Shown in pieces: positions 28,689-42,964 of a stretch of 64,000 nucleotides of DNA. The DNA is from Eledone cirrhosa (taxonomy: Eukaryota): NCBI GenBank assembly GCA_964016885.1, contig OZ024753.1:2294001-2358000 (forward strand). The letters run 5' to 3'. The position numbers and the translations under genes were made by a program. Every line of letters starts with the position of its first letter. The first letter of the stretch is position 1. The notes beneath the pieces are model-generated. The model did no database searches. It was not told where the DNA came from and saw only the letters and a list, made by a program, of their open reading frames with translations.

Positions 28689-29293
28689 GGTGGCTGCCAA
28701 CTCGTTTTCGAGTACGGCCACTACTTATATATCCATGTAGGAGAACCCCTACCAATGCGCTGAACGAGTGTGACGTTTTAGTCCAGCCAGCGACTTGAAA
28801 ACTCTGGTACAAACACTACACTTGTGACAATTATTGACACAGTGCTGGGCCCATGGTACCATGTGACGACAAGTGCAGAGAGATCTCCAGATATAAAGCA
28901 ATGCCTGTGCCGTGAAGCTTTTATAGTGAGCAAAGGCACTGCACAAAGCCAGTCCCACTCTCTTAACCAAGATGATATTTACCAAAAAGAAGAACAAATC
29001 AACATCAGTGGATACCATCGGGGTTGCAGGTGTTATATCAGAGTTTTCGTTCTCCTAGAATTCTGCCTTGACAAAGGCTAAGGGGTCATCTCTCCCGCTG
29101 ATTTTGGATGGCCATTGACTCTTAAGAGCTCCTTTGCCCTTTGACAGGTTTTGTTTTTAGTCCTGCAGGATGTTCAAAGTCACCCTCCTCACCAGGAAAC
29201 CTTGGTGGGGTTGACAGTTTAGTCGCCAACGACCCGACCATGAGACAGGTTGTACTGGGATACATGTTTGCAGTAGCACCAACTGGTGACCTG
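28689..29293 (-). mobile_element. Internally deleted RTE LINE derivative with 12-bp flanking direct repeat
   Basis: acatacgcacat at 28677-28688 and 29294-29305; 5'UTR-like start, decayed APE motif (FW...REW), C-terminal C2H2 finger CSVCTRVFKSLAGLKRHTRSAH then stop. Confidence 0.72.
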
Positions 29294-29973
29294 ACATACG
29301 CACATACCCACGTACATACATACATATATACGATAATTGATGAATTTCAGCTGTTAAACAGTCCTAGCTATGCGATTATATTCTATATCGAACATATTGC
29401 ATATAAGGTTCATAATAGTGACACGCTGATATTTTGATTCTGAAGAAAAAAATATAGTTAATTGAATAGATTTCTGAAAACTTCATAGACATGTGTTTAA
29501 CATGAACGATCATCATAGACGTGAAACTTGGTATATTCGACACACTTTATTAACAATTTTACCATTTCTCTTTCGGAAATATAATGATTTAATTTGTTAC
29601 TTATGTCGTTTCTCTACGGAACTACACAATGTACTCTTCAACAGTGACCATTGATTTTTATGTGAACATTTTCTCTCAAACATGAAAATAACTGCAGTAA
29701 AAATTTCACTTAATTATGTTTCCGTTTCATGTGGTTGATTCTTCAATCACATCCGAGAAATTACACAGCAATATCATTGCATCAATATTTGCTCCATTGA
29801 GGAACGGAACAGTGTCAAAGAAGCTTATTTCCTGGGTGCAATGTATTAATGTATTTGATTTGGAATTCTCATTCAAATTATAAGCAATGTGAGAAGGAGA
29901 AATGTTTTCAAAATAGATATACCATTTCCTAAACTAGCTGAATCATCTCTCCAATTGGTTTATTATATCTATC

Positions 29974-30054
<81 letters not shown>

Positions 30055-30535
30055 GTCTGTGTGTATATATGTATGTATATACATATATGTAGATATATAT
30101 ATATACATACACCCATATATATATATATATATATATACAGACAGGTGCACACACAAATTTAATTGTATTGTCCAATGAATAATTTCTAATTTCCTGATGT
30201 AAATGTTGGAGGTGTGGTGGTTTGTATATGGGAGATACGTAGAGAGGGTGTGTTATTTGGTGAATGAAAGAAGGGCTCTCAATAGGTCGGTTGCATATAT
30301 TGATATATCAACATTAGCATTATGCATAGTGGATATTTTTATACTCGGCAGCATAAGGCGTCTATTATTGCTTCAGTCAGGTTCGCAACTGTCCTATTTA
30401 CGTGATGTTGATACCTTAGCCGGAAATCTGGAGAACTATTTACTGCTATTGGTATGGTCCCTTCTCTGAAACCTTAGGTAAACCTACTGGGTGTATGAGT
30501 CTTGTAATTATTACCTTCCTTATAGCAGAATTGTA

Positions 30536-30739
30536 ACGAGCTTCGAGGCGGCTGAAAAGTTCATAGCTTGCCCAAAATACTCTTATGTAATGATCAAATG
30601 AGGTTAATTTTTTAACATAGTCCCTCGAAAAAAAAACAATCCACTTATTAATGAGAAGAGTTGAAATGTATGCAAGTAAGATTTCAAAGCTCTAGCATCA
30701 ATACTTCATATCGGATGGCCCTTTCAGCACATCCTCGTA
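30536..30739. mobile_element. Decayed mariner-type MITE
   Basis: cgaggcggctgaaaagt ... ctttcagcacatcctcgta imperfect TIRs. Confidence 0.45.
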
Positions 30740-30838
30740 TAATTACCGCGTGCAAACATAATGCGAGTGAGTGAATAGAACAAATTATTGTTGGACTTGT
30801 GCCTAAATCAGAAACCATTATTATTATTATTATTATCA

Positions 30839-31025
30839 TGGTGGATTGACAGTATCGGTAGAGGGTCGGACGCCATGCTTTCCAGCATAGTTACGTCCCT
30901 TTACGATCTGAGTTCAAATCCCGCCGAGGTTGACTTTGCCTTTCATCCTTACGGGGTCGATAAAATAAAGTACCAGTAATGTACTGGGTAATTTGCTGGC
31001 CTTGTGCCTAAAGTAGAAACAATTA
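30839..31025 (+). mobile_element. SINE family A, short young variant A1
   Basis: Near-identical to the 45945, 49993 and 60029 copies; (TTA)n tail. Confidence 0.95.
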
Positions 31026-31567
31026 TCATTATTATTATTATTATTATTGCAATTAGTATTCTCTGTGGGTATTTTAAAAGTGGGATAGGAAAAATACAAT
31101 TATGTCCTTCGCAATTTAATAACTTTTAAAGAGGAATGGCTTAAGATTGTATCTGAAGGAAAAATGTTGTTTCAATTTTATTAAAAGCTGTATATTTATT
31201 AAATGTTTTGTATTTCAAGTAATATTTCGAAATTATAGAACTGTAGCTTTTCAGATACACTTAACATTTTGATGTACTCATAATTTATACAAATTTAAAA
31301 CTTTGTATACATGTACATTAAACATACATGTATGTACATGTACATACATACATATCAGATACGCAGAGAAAAGGGAAGATGGAAGGCAGAAGGAAAACTG
31401 AATTTTCAAAGCGTTTAAATTATCTAAACTATGTAACAAAGCAGATTGATTGGCATAATGAAATACATGAACATAAGTTTAAACACACGCATATCCTGAC
31501 TGATATATGCACAAAAAACATACAAACATACATAAGTATCCATCCAAACTTGTACATAAATATATAT

Positions 31568-32250
31568 CTTCTTCTTCGCACACTTATTCCTAAGGAGGGT
31601 CGTGGGGGCTCAGTCCTCAAACACTCCCTCCAGCGGGTTCTGTCACAAACAGCTGTCTACAACTGATCTAGCTGGATCTCCAAGCGTGAGCAGCCAAGCT
31701 CATGGATGTTATCCAACCATTTTTCTCGGTGTATACCCCTGGGTCTCCTGCCGATTTGTTTTGCCCGAAACATTTGTTCAGCGATTTTTACTGTGACATT
31801 CTAACCACATGTCCATAGTATCGGAGCTGTGATTCCTCAATTCAGAAAAGTAGCAGTTCTACCTGCAATGCATTACTGCACCAACTGCTGCAATTCTTGC
31901 ACTTAATTTAGCCTCCTGTCTTCCATCACTCGCGAACACGGCCCCGAGATACTTGAACTTATCTACCTGTTTCAGTGGAACTCCATTCATATGTAGAGTG
32001 CACTGCATCAAATCTATCAAGTGCAAGTCGAAGATCATTTTCTGTCTGCAAATTCGAGCCGACTGATTTCACACCTGCCAGTCATGATACCACTTCCAAC
32101 TCGGCTCCGTCTCCCACATTGAATGATTTCGATTTAGCACAATTTATTCAAAAACAAATAATCGGGCATTTGTAGAGATACATCAGGACAGCAAGAAGCT
32201 GACCATCAATCCCATACTCCTGCACAATCTTCCACAGCAGGTCCCGAGCT
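31568..32250 (-). pseudogene. RTE LINE reverse transcriptase relic with deletions and (GAA) tail
   Basis: RDLLWKIVQEYGIDGQLL, EQVDKFKYLGAVF, QLRYYGHVVRM, GRRPRG...KWLDNI, DRTRWR. Confidence 0.85.
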
Positions 32251-32254
32251 GTTG

Positions 32255-32440
32255 TCGGAAAGGCAGTGTTCGATATAGCTTGGCACCAGTAATGTCGCAA
32301 CTCATTTATACGGCTGAATTATCTGGAGCAACGTGAAATAAGGTATCTTGCTCAAGTACACAACGTATCACCCGGTCCGAGAATGGAACTCACGACCTCC
32401 CGATTGTTAGCTCAACGCTCTAACCACTAAGCTTTGCGCT
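32255..32440 (-). mobile_element. SINE family B (tRNA head plus CORE-like domain)
   Basis: gcttagtggttagagcg A-box, gagttccattctc B-box, tgtgtacttgagcaagatacctt. Confidence 0.8.
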
Positions 32441-32455
32441 TTCACACACACACGC

Positions 32456-32504
<49 letters not shown>

Positions 32505-32539
32505 TACATACATACACACATAGAGACACACACACACAT

Positions 32540-32580
<41 letters not shown>

Positions 32581-32609
32581 CATATATATATGTATGTATA
32601 TATGCATGC

Positions 32610-32644
<35 letters not shown>

Positions 32645-33194
32645 CATATACACACATACAGAGAGAGACTTATATAACACACATGTATACAAACAAATAT
32701 ACAGAAAGAGAGAGAGGGAGAGAGAATGAGATAGAGAGAGAGAGGGAGAGAGAGGGAGAAACAGAGAGAGACATGCACTTGAATGTACCCGACATATGTT
32801 AAATTATTTGTTTAAAATATTTTGTAATTTGAAATGTTTTTCATTTGTTAATGCACACCTGATTACTGTCAAGACAAACTAAACATTGTACAACATTGTG
32901 AATTATGTTACGCCTTGAAGTTATTATATACTCACACATATATACATTCAATAGATGTTAATTAAAACAGACCACTTTAAACGTTTAAAAAAATATATAT
33001 GTATTTCAATCAAACTTCGCTTTTAACGAATTACCATTTTTTAATGGTATTTGTTGACTATATTCACGTTCATTAAACGGTCACCTATAAGTGATTTCGT
33101 TGTTGATTTTTAATGCTGGCTGAGGTATTTTTGTAACATTGTCGTTATAATGTACTACTACTACTACTATTACTACTACTACTGCTACTGCTAC

Positions 33195-33225
<31 letters not shown>

Positions 33226-33984
33226 AAGTGGTAGTGATTTTGTTTAGAGGTGTGGAAGCAATGCTGCTTAAAATGGATGGTTTCGTTTTATTGTTGAATT
33301 TAATATTGTTTATCTATGGTGATGTGTATTCCGATTATGTTGCTGCTGACAAAGATATAGCAATGGCGAACATTTATCAACTTTTGTTTTCAATACTTAA
33401 CTGTAATATAGTAGATTGATTGTTAGCGTGTACTTGTATATTTATCTAAGAATATTAAATAGGTATGGCACTTAGTTTGTCTACTACGTGTCATAGTCTA
33501 ACAAATTAACAGTTAAGGCCCTAGAGACGGCAAAACGTAGACAGCCTCGCAAGTAGGAGTTAAATTCACGTTTAATGTCAACCGTTTTCTTTTATTTTCA
33601 AGTTGAAGAATAACGTTCACTAGAAATGATCCGTGTATTGTTCAACATGAATCCTATTTAATTTCATTTGCCTAGGACATGTAGTTATTAAAATATTCAC
33701 ATCTCATATAATGTCAACTTTTTGGGGACACCCTGTATATATATATGCAAGAGATGTCAACATGAATGGACCTGTTATTTTTATCTAAAGACACTTTTTC
33801 CAATTCCATCCCGCTCGTCCCCTCAATCTATTTTATTTCTCATTCTTTCTTTTGACGAAGGACTAGCATCCGAAATGTTAAGACCCTCTTCCTGCTATAT
33901 CAAGCATTAACCTAATATATATACCTTCCATATACTGTACCGATTGTGTTGTTATTTCTGTTTACCTTTTACATACATATATAT

Positions 33985-34062
<78 letters not shown>

Positions 34063-35236
34063 GGCGGATCTCGTTCATCTCCAGTTCTGTCTACAACCGT
34101 TTTTACCAGAGATAAAGATAGATGGAAGACGAAGAAACTACTCCAACACTGGATTGATACTTGATTTACCTACCTCGAATGAATCAAAACTACAGCTATA
34201 CGGGAAGACCTTCTCACACGCATAAAGATAACCTAATCTGATGGCTCAGCGTGATGAGGTCAGTCGCCCCATACCAGTAATTGGAGTAGGCTGGATTTTG
34301 TTTTACTGGGAGGGTTATGCTAGGATTTTGAAGGACTTGCTAAAATGTCTGACTTGTGAGGTGTATGTAGGGTGAATCGAGTTGTATTTGCTTGAATGCG
34401 TGGAGTTCGTAGGTTTGTGTTTAGATTGGTTTACATTCTATTTGAGGCAAGTGACGGGCTTTTATGTAACAGTATTTAGTACAGTGTGGGATATATCTAA
34501 AGACAATCACTACTGTGGAATATTACTGTAAGGAATACCATTTATTCCACCTTAAGTGTGTATATTTTTTCCTGAGTATTATTTGTATTAAATATGTGTA
34601 GAAAACACTATGTGTTTCTCTCTAACGATAAATTACATTTTTTCTCTATCTAAATATATCTTGAATTTGAATTATTGAAGCTAATTTCTACTCAGCTTAT
34701 TTAATGAGAAACATGGTTATCAGACATATTAAATATGTCTTGATACTCTAAGATTGTGTACAGCTGCTCCAAATTTATTAAATTGTCGAGCTGATTCAAT
34801 TGTGACTAAAATTTCGTTTCTCTTTCAAGCCGATGAGACGTCCAGTCCTATTTATATCTGCACTCGTCGTTAAGCTTTAATTGACACCATGCGGTCATTC
34901 AGACTCTCATCTCTCAACGGATATAAAGGTATTTTGTACAGCGTGGGTCATATCTAAAGACAATTCCTCTGATGAGTAGTTCTTCATCTTTTGTTGGCTT
35001 TTACAGGAATCGATAATCAATAATCGATAATAGATTACTTGGATCGATTTCCACCACTTGCCTAACATTCTCTTGGAACTACGAAACAGTACTGTCAGGA
35101 ATATCATTAATTATTCCACCTTAAGTATTTATACGTTTTCCGGAATGTTATTTGTATTAAATATGTGTACAAAATATTATGTGTATCTCAAATGATATAC
35201 GACTTTCTCTCTCTTTAAATGTATCTTTTAACTTTG

Positions 35237-35280
<44 letters not shown>

Positions 35281-35284
<4 letters not shown>

Positions 35285-35389
35285 AAAGAAAGTGTGGTAA
35301 GAAACCAGGTGGACCATAACGCACCAGAGTACTCCGTTCGGATCTAGCTGTCGGAACAGCCGGAGCTCAGCCGTCGGGGTCCTGTCTCT

Positions 35390-35394
<5 letters not shown>
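35281..35394 (-). mobile_element. One-armed deleted relative of the 49514/62699 hairpin element
   Basis: Shares ggaccccgacggctgagctc arm and gagtact.tggtgcgttatggtccacctgg tail; flanked by (TA)n. Confidence 0.85.
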
Positions 35395-35440
<46 letters not shown>

Positions 35441-36206
35441 CACGCAGGCGCGCACTCACATGTTTACGAGCCAAAAGCACGTTCTATTAAAATGCTAATA
35501 TGTATGGTATGTCTGTGTGAATTTTAAAGAAAAGAGAACAGAATTTTCAGCTACACCAAATGAAGCAGAAAAATGTATCCACACTTGTGACAGAGAGAAG
35601 AACAAATAGGAAAATAAGCAGGCAATGCTTGTTTGAAAACAAGATACATAATAATAAGAATAAATGTATCCGGACGCACATTCACATACACGATACTATT
35701 GTCAATTCAGTTAGGACCTGAACCTTATACATTTCTCCACATATGAGCAATGTTTTTATTTTTGTATTTGTTTAACAAGGCAAACAAATATACAAGAAGA
35801 AACCCTATGAAGAATTCAAATGAAAAGATGCAAGCGTATAAGATATGATAGATCGGAATAAGAATAGAGAACAGGCTGTTATACATAAACTGTATAGAAT
35901 GAGAAATGGTGTGGATGAGATTGTAAACAAGATATAATAGTAATAAACAGAAATAAGAAAGTAGTATGTGTGTGAATAGAAACGAAGAAGGTTTTGAGTT
36001 TTAGAAAGTGTACGTGAGATATAGGGAATGATTGTATGTTTGCGTGAGTATATATGTGTATATAAGAGACTGAATAAGAGATTAAGCGGAAGAGAGAGGA
36101 AGATAGCAAGAGAGAGAGAGAGAGAGAGGGGGGAAGGGAGAGAGAGTTGTAGAGAGAGAGAGAGAGAGAGAGAGAGAATAGATTTTGAAATGTATTCTCA
36201 TTTAAT

Positions 36207-36311
36207 AATTGTTTCTACTTTAGGCACAAGGCCAGCAATTATCCAGTGCATTACTGGTACTTTATTTTATCGACCCCGTAAGGATGAAAGGCAAAGTCAA
36301 CCTCGGCGGAA
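36207..36311 (-). mobile_element. SINE family A, 5'-truncated
   Basis: Matches the 3' half of the young variant. Confidence 0.9.
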
Positions 36312-37777
36312 TAATGGGATCTAAATCTGGCAAAAAACCAGCAATTTTGGTGGCAAGGGATACTGCAATATATCGGACCATTACTTGACTGGTTATATAT
36401 TTTAATGAACCCGTAACGACGAAATAAGATATTAGCGAGTTTCTGTTCGAATTTAACAATAAGTCGGCTGTTGATTCGGTAGACCTACATCTTAATAGGC
36501 GTGACTATTCCATTCTGTTTGCAGATATAGTATATTTAGGACTGCATTATTTAATGTTTGAGACAGAAAGATATAAATAGAAAGTAGAGAGATACTATGT
36601 ATAAACTGAAAGGTGAAAAGACCGAGAAGAATAGCGTGAAACGAAATGTGAGATTATTTGTTAGAAAATGGAAATAATTACAAGTAGAAAGTATCAGGTG
36701 TGTGTGTTGCTATAGAGAGATAGCTTTTTCCTCAGACAAAGAATAATATATATTCTCTTTTCAACCGGAAAAACAGATACTCTAGTATTTCATTGGAACG
36801 GTTACAGTTTTATATATCACTTATGTACGTATGGACCCGTAACTCTCGGTGGAATTTGTAGTAGTGCCATTGTGAGCTATAGCGTTTCATTGGAACTTTA
36901 AATCTGGCGAAGTCGATCATCTCTTCTCCCCTCCTGAACACGGCTGATTTTCCTCGAACTCAAAAGGTTAAAAAGCAAGGTTGACCTCGATGTTATTTGA
37001 ACTCGGAATGCAGAGAGCCGGAACGAATATCATAAAGCATTCCATTCTACGTTTTAATGACTTTGCAAATTCACTTTCTGTAGCGAAAATACAGTTGAAG
37101 AGAAATTACTGCTTTAGGAAACGAGATTTTTAATGTATTGACTAGAATTTTTAATGTATTCTCTAGAATCTAGAGTATAGATAAATGAAATTCCAACATG
37201 TATTTAGAAATAGTTAAATCAAACCAACATTCTTAAAGTGATGAACTGAAAATAATGTCTAATCAATTGAAATTAGAGGTAAAATAACATAAGCAGTAAT
37301 AAAAGTTATTCTCTAAAGAGGGCAAAGCGAAGGACTCCAGAATTTCAATTAATTAAAAATTAGATTATGATATGCAATGCCAGAGGTGAGTCATATATTG
37401 TGACAAATCAAAATATCCGTTCAATGCTGCTAAGATATAAGCACGACTAAAAGCTTGAATCTTTGATGTGAACAAATTTCACTGATTAGACAAATTGAAA
37501 TAATGATAGTAGAATATTTTCGAAGGATGTCTTCAATATGAGAAACTTCAAGTTAATTTCCAGTTCCCCCTCTTAAGATGGAGAACCAATAAAGTTTTTT
37601 AACAAAATTAAATTATATATTTAAAACAAACATACTAGCAATAATAAAAATTAGCGTTACATTTTCTTTGGAAGATGTAACAGAAAAATTAGATGAAAAT
37701 AAATCAAAATGATAATATAGTGAAATGAACAACAACCCTATACAATAAACGTAGTAAACAACCTTCATGCACACACA

Positions 37778-37832
<55 letters not shown>

Positions 37833-38637
37833 CTGCGTTTGTATATTGAATCATATACGAAAATGTTTGTGAAAATAAACATGTTTATAGTTTTGTATGT
37901 ATTTTAGAAGTAGTTATATTCACCACTGGTATTTAGCAACCAAGGGAGAGGCCCATAACGGCCGTTATTCATTCCTTCGAGATCGATAAAATAATGTACA
38001 AGTCAGAAAGCATGAAAGGAAAAGTTGACCTCGGAAGGATCTGAACTCACAGAGCCACAACGAATACCACAAAGAATTGTGTCCGACTTTCTAACATTTC
38101 TGCCAATTCGCCGCTATTTTGTAACTATTATGCTTAAAATGGGACTGACTAAACATACAAAAATCATTATATGAAAAAGATATGACAAAAAATATTAAAA
38201 ATTTCATAGACGTATTTCTATTCAGTAAAGTATCTATATATTACATAAAAATGTTCAACTGATGTCATAAATCTTACTAAAATATTCTTAAAATAACCGC
38301 ACCTATAATATAGCAGATGTATGAAAAAGAAAGGATGAAATTCGATGTTCATATTTAGTACAAAATATCGTCTAAATATAGTCATATAGAATATGGTTTC
38401 AAATGTAATCGAATAAAGTAATTACACTATATAATGTTACATCTGATATATGATTACAGGAATTTAATGATAGGATTACTACAATAGCATACGGAGAATT
38501 GTAATCGTTAGACGAGGAATCAATTAACCATTGTTAAAGTATGCTAGATATAGTTTCCTGTTCAGCTAACGTCTGCATTGATATGTGCTAAATTCTACGC
38601 ATACAAACACACCCAAATCCACACACGTACATGTTAT

Positions 38638-38691
<54 letters not shown>

Positions 38692-38727
38692 TAGAACTAT
38701 ATATATATATATATAGAACTATATGTA

Positions 38728-38763
<36 letters not shown>

Positions 38764-39136
38764 TGTATGTATATATACAGACACGTAGATACACAAAGTA
38801 ATGTAGCGCGCTGTATTTCTTCAATATGTAACCTATAACAATCCGGATTACCTTATATATCTTTTATTCAACTTATGTACTAAGTGCAGTATTTTGGTTC
38901 GTTTAATTAACTTTTATATATTATACATAATGCACTCAGGACTGGGTGGGTAAGAAATAATCCCAAGAGTTCGAATGCATTGATTGGCATCACAGCTAAG
39001 TAATGTTTTTGTCACTGCTTCGCTTCGGCCTAAATATCGTAAGTAGGGAAACAGTGTGAAAGTCTATAGGAATGATCGAACCTCTAAACCAAAGTTCCAA
39101 CTTTGTCACTTATTATATTACATTATATCAGACTGA

Positions 39137-39302
39137 AGGGCGTTGGATTGACAGTATATTTAGAGGGTTGGAGGCCGGTTTTCAGCATAGATTTACGGTC
39201 CTTTACGCTTTGAGGTCAAATCCTACTTACTGGGTCAATAAAATAAAGCACCTGTAATGCACTGGGATAATTGCTAGTTTTATGCCCAAAGTACAAGCAA
39301 TT
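39137..39302 (+). mobile_element. SINE family A, diverged with internal deletion
   Basis: ggattgacagtat head and tgtaatgcactgggataattgct tail. Confidence 0.75.
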
Positions 39303-39561
39303 ATATCAGCATGAAAATTAGGTTAAGGAGATATACAATTAAGGAATATTTAGTCACTCGGTAGATAGGGGTCCGAGTTTGTCAACGTCATCGCAGTGGG
39401 CCTTGGAAACTGGTCACTGATCTCTGACCTTAATCAGGCAAAGGCCAACCACCTGACACCAACACATACTAAAAAAGAACGACTTTGTAGAGTATACGTT
39501 CGAACAACAGATTCCGATATGCGAAACTAAAGTAAATGTCTGCAAATAATAGTTGATATAA

Positions 39562-39645
39562 TCGGGTAAACTGCTCCTGTGTTGGGTAAACTGCTACTGT
39601 GTCGGGTAAACTGCTCCTGTGTCGGGTAAACTGCTCCTGTGTTGG
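39562..39645. repeat. 20-bp minisatellite, 4 copies
   Basis: t(c/t)gggtaaactgct(c/a)ctgtg repeated four times. Confidence 0.95.
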
Positions 39646-39769
39646 GACATGTATATTTCAGATTTCAAAGTGTTCTATCTGTGCGATCAACTAAAAAGCT
39701 TGCTCATAAAATTTACGTTTAAGTGACCGAATATTCCATAGACACGTGTATCACAATCGCCAGTGTGAT

Positions 39770-40198
39770 CCAGCATGATGCATCTTACGACAAGGTATAC
39801 ATACACACAAACCAGTGAGCAGGCACGAACAATATATGACTATAAGATACCCACGTGTTTACACAGAAGCAACGCACATCTAACAACTTTATCCCTTCGG
39901 TACACACACAACCACACCCCTGACAACCCCTATACCCTCCTGTTCGGACCCCACCCCCAAGGGATGACCTTTCGCTTACCACCCAACCTGTCAATCTCCT
40001 CGCAACACGCATTCCCTAACTTCTTTTCCTAATTTTCGCGCACTACCTTCATACATCTATCTGTTCTCTCCTCATCCGTACTTTCTTGATGAATGACTTT
40101 TGCTCGAAACGTCGAACCTTCGTCCATTTCCCCCAAGCGTTAACCTAATATAACTGTGTATTTTTGCATCCCTGTGTTGTTTTGCTTCCTTTATTAAC

Positions 40199-40200
<2 letters not shown>
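39770..40200 (+). mobile_element. Probable PLE pseudo-LTR relic with decayed HHR (40083-40116)
   Basis: ttcTTGATGA...ctcGAAACGTCgaa then caagcgttaacctaata tail, shared with 33840-33970 and 21000-21120. Confidence 0.55.
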
Positions 40201-40255
<55 letters not shown>

Positions 40256-41178
40256 CTGTATATTTATATATAGTTATATACAAACATATATACACACACA
40301 TACATACCATTTTAGCCTCGTTCATATAGAATTAAGTAAGTATGAAATACAGATCCAGTTAGATAAACATACGCATCAAGTCTAATATATTTTATTTATC
40401 AGTTTTTATATTTTCTATTGTATATAGATATATATTATTCATTTATATACTATACATTTATATTGTTACTTATAATAGTCTATATAATGTAATAGTATAT
40501 TTCATAATTATTGGACAGCTATCAAGAAGTAATTCATCTTAAATATATATTGCATTTTGTTTCATTTAGTTTATGTATTGAACATGTTTAGTTTATTCAT
40601 AATTCTTTTCATCTATAAGTGTGAATATTATATAGATATTAAGTTAATACTTATATTTTTGTATTAAAAATAATTTCTATTCACTAGTGATATTTTCTAA
40701 TTAAGCCAGTAAATTGCACACGCAATCGAAACTGAAGATAAACAAACACTATGATAATATTGAGAATAACATAGCTTCTTTTTGTAAAAATATAAATGAA
40801 GACAATAAATATGTTATAATTACTTTTCCTTTCATAGATGAATATTAAATTAGTTTTTTTTTATGATTTATACATTTAATCTGACCAGTAATGTAGAAAA
40901 TGGAAAATAACTTATAATCATATATTCATAATAACAATTATCTTGCTTGGTGTATTTAAATGATTCCTGAAATTATATGTAGTTTATTAGTTACTTTATT
41001 GAAATATACGGTCTTGTGAATACAAATAAAAGTTCTTAAATGCATGCATATATCTCATTTGGTGTCCTTATTGCACACAGACATTTAATAAGTTATATTT
41101 ACGAAAGAAAAAAGACGTTTTGTCTTTCTTTTAATTAGTATATACATATATTCGTATATGCACACGTACACACACACA

Positions 41179-41219
<41 letters not shown>

Positions 41220-41254
41220 AAAAATTGAACAGGGACAGAACAGAGAGGCAGTAC

Positions 41255-41290
<36 letters not shown>

Positions 41291-41295
<5 letters not shown>

Positions 41296-41364
41296 CTACT
41301 ATATCATGTGTTAAACTAATATATTGATGCATTGTACTGAACCGTTTTCCTGTGTTGTTTATCC

Positions 41365-41427
<63 letters not shown>

Positions 41428-41469
41428 TATACATGCATATATATATATGTATGTATATATATATATACA

Positions 41470-41507
<38 letters not shown>

Positions 41508-41594
41508 CATATATATATACGGATAGACAACACAGGAAAACGGTTCAGTACAATGCAGCAATATATTAGTTTAACACATGATATAGTAGGTGTA
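41291..41594. repeat. About 76-bp inverted arms around a (TA)n spacer
   Basis: 41291-41366 is the reverse complement of 41519-41594 with 2 mismatches seen. Confidence 0.92.
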
Positions 41595-41889
41595 TATATA
41601 TATGTGTGTGCATTTATACTTATAACCGTGAAGATGTAATCGATCTGAAGTTTCCTACTTAGGATATGGTTAAGGAAAGACTATATCATATTATGAAATA
41701 TAAAAAAATAACTCAATGGACAGTGCATCATAATAAAACTATCGACATAAACAATCTTATTGTATGACAATTCGTATCTTTATTCTATTTAACCTTTTCT
41801 CCTTCTCCTCTACGCTTCCTCTAGTTCCCTATTCTTAGAGCCTACACACATTTATTTTAAGAGTTAAACTACTACCTGTGTCCATGCCT

Positions 41890-42620
41890 TATTTCCACAT
41901 AAGAGTATCTAGTCAACGGTAAATAGGTACAACCTTATCATTGTTCCTCTTGGCAGTCTTGGCGTCCAGTTATGGCACGCTGGACAAACCTCATCTATCG
42001 GTATCTTTTATATCCGTTTGATACTTGTTATATTTTCTATGATACGGGGATACAAGCAATTTTATCTCAGGCGTAACTTCCGACTACAAAACGTAAGACG
42101 TTCAAGCGAGGCTCCAACCTAACTGATAACAGCGAGACACGGTGGCTTATTTACAATAGTCCACCAAGTCCATTTCTTTAATCTCCAAAGAGGTGTTCAC
42201 CACAACAGTATCAAATCTGATCATTCAACAAACTAAATACCTGATATCTTCAACTTAGCTTTGTGACATTCGATATTCTCAGCTCAACATTAACACTCTC
42301 GTTGAAGATCATGTACTCGAATGTTGTCGATTCTCTGTGCAACCCAATCCGAGAAGCTAAAAGTAATTCTTGAGTTTAATATTGAATAACATTAATTGAA
42401 TGTCAGTGCTATGGCTTCAGGAAAGTCTAGATCGGCATGAGTGATAACTGGTAATCGCTGTGATTTCTTCCACCTTATAGTAACTCATGGGCTTTCCTGG
42501 CTATTGATGATGGCTTGATGCATCGTATAGCTGAAGTCTATGAAGAACAGATAAGCCGCAAGAATATCTAAAATTTGTTGAATTGCTGAAATTAGTTCTT
42601 CACAATTCTGTATGTTCGAA
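41890..42620 (-). pseudogene. Old RTE LINE reverse transcriptase relic
   Basis: DILAAYLFFIDFSYTM, ADLDFPEAIAL (decayed DLDFADDIAL), IGLH...EYMIFN, VEDIRYL. Confidence 0.7.
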
Positions 42621-42758
42621 AAACATCGAGCACTTTACTTCAGAGAATAAAACAAAGATAATGAAATTAGGCAATTTTTTGGTCACGAAACCTTCAATTA
42701 TTCCTCTCAGAACTCCACTCTCCTGTTCTCCACTGAGAAGATCTAATTAGATCGAAAA

Positions 42759-42831
42759 ATATGGTTTACTTTCATCTGCCCCGCCCCCTCTCTTTCTCTC
42801 TCGCTCTCTCTCTCTCTGTGCGTGTATATAT

Positions 42832-42883
<52 letters not shown>

Positions 42884-42897
42884 ATGTATATATACAC

Positions 42898-42935
<38 letters not shown>

Positions 42936-42964
42936 GGGGCGGGGCAGATGAAAGTAAACCATAT
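42759..42964. repeat. Inverted duplication across a (TA)n tract
   Basis: atatggtttactttcatctgccccgcccc(ct)n mirrored by (ga)n ggggcggggcagatgaaagtaaaccatat. Confidence 0.93.

Noticed and set aside
28749-28830. Host C2H2 zinc-finger gene
   Set aside because: Single finger at the end of an RTE-derived insert flanked by a 12-bp direct repeat
39562-39645. CRISPR-like regular repeats (also 44338-44578 and 14996-15690)
   Set aside because: No unique spacers, no cas genes, eukaryotic context; ordinary tandem repeats
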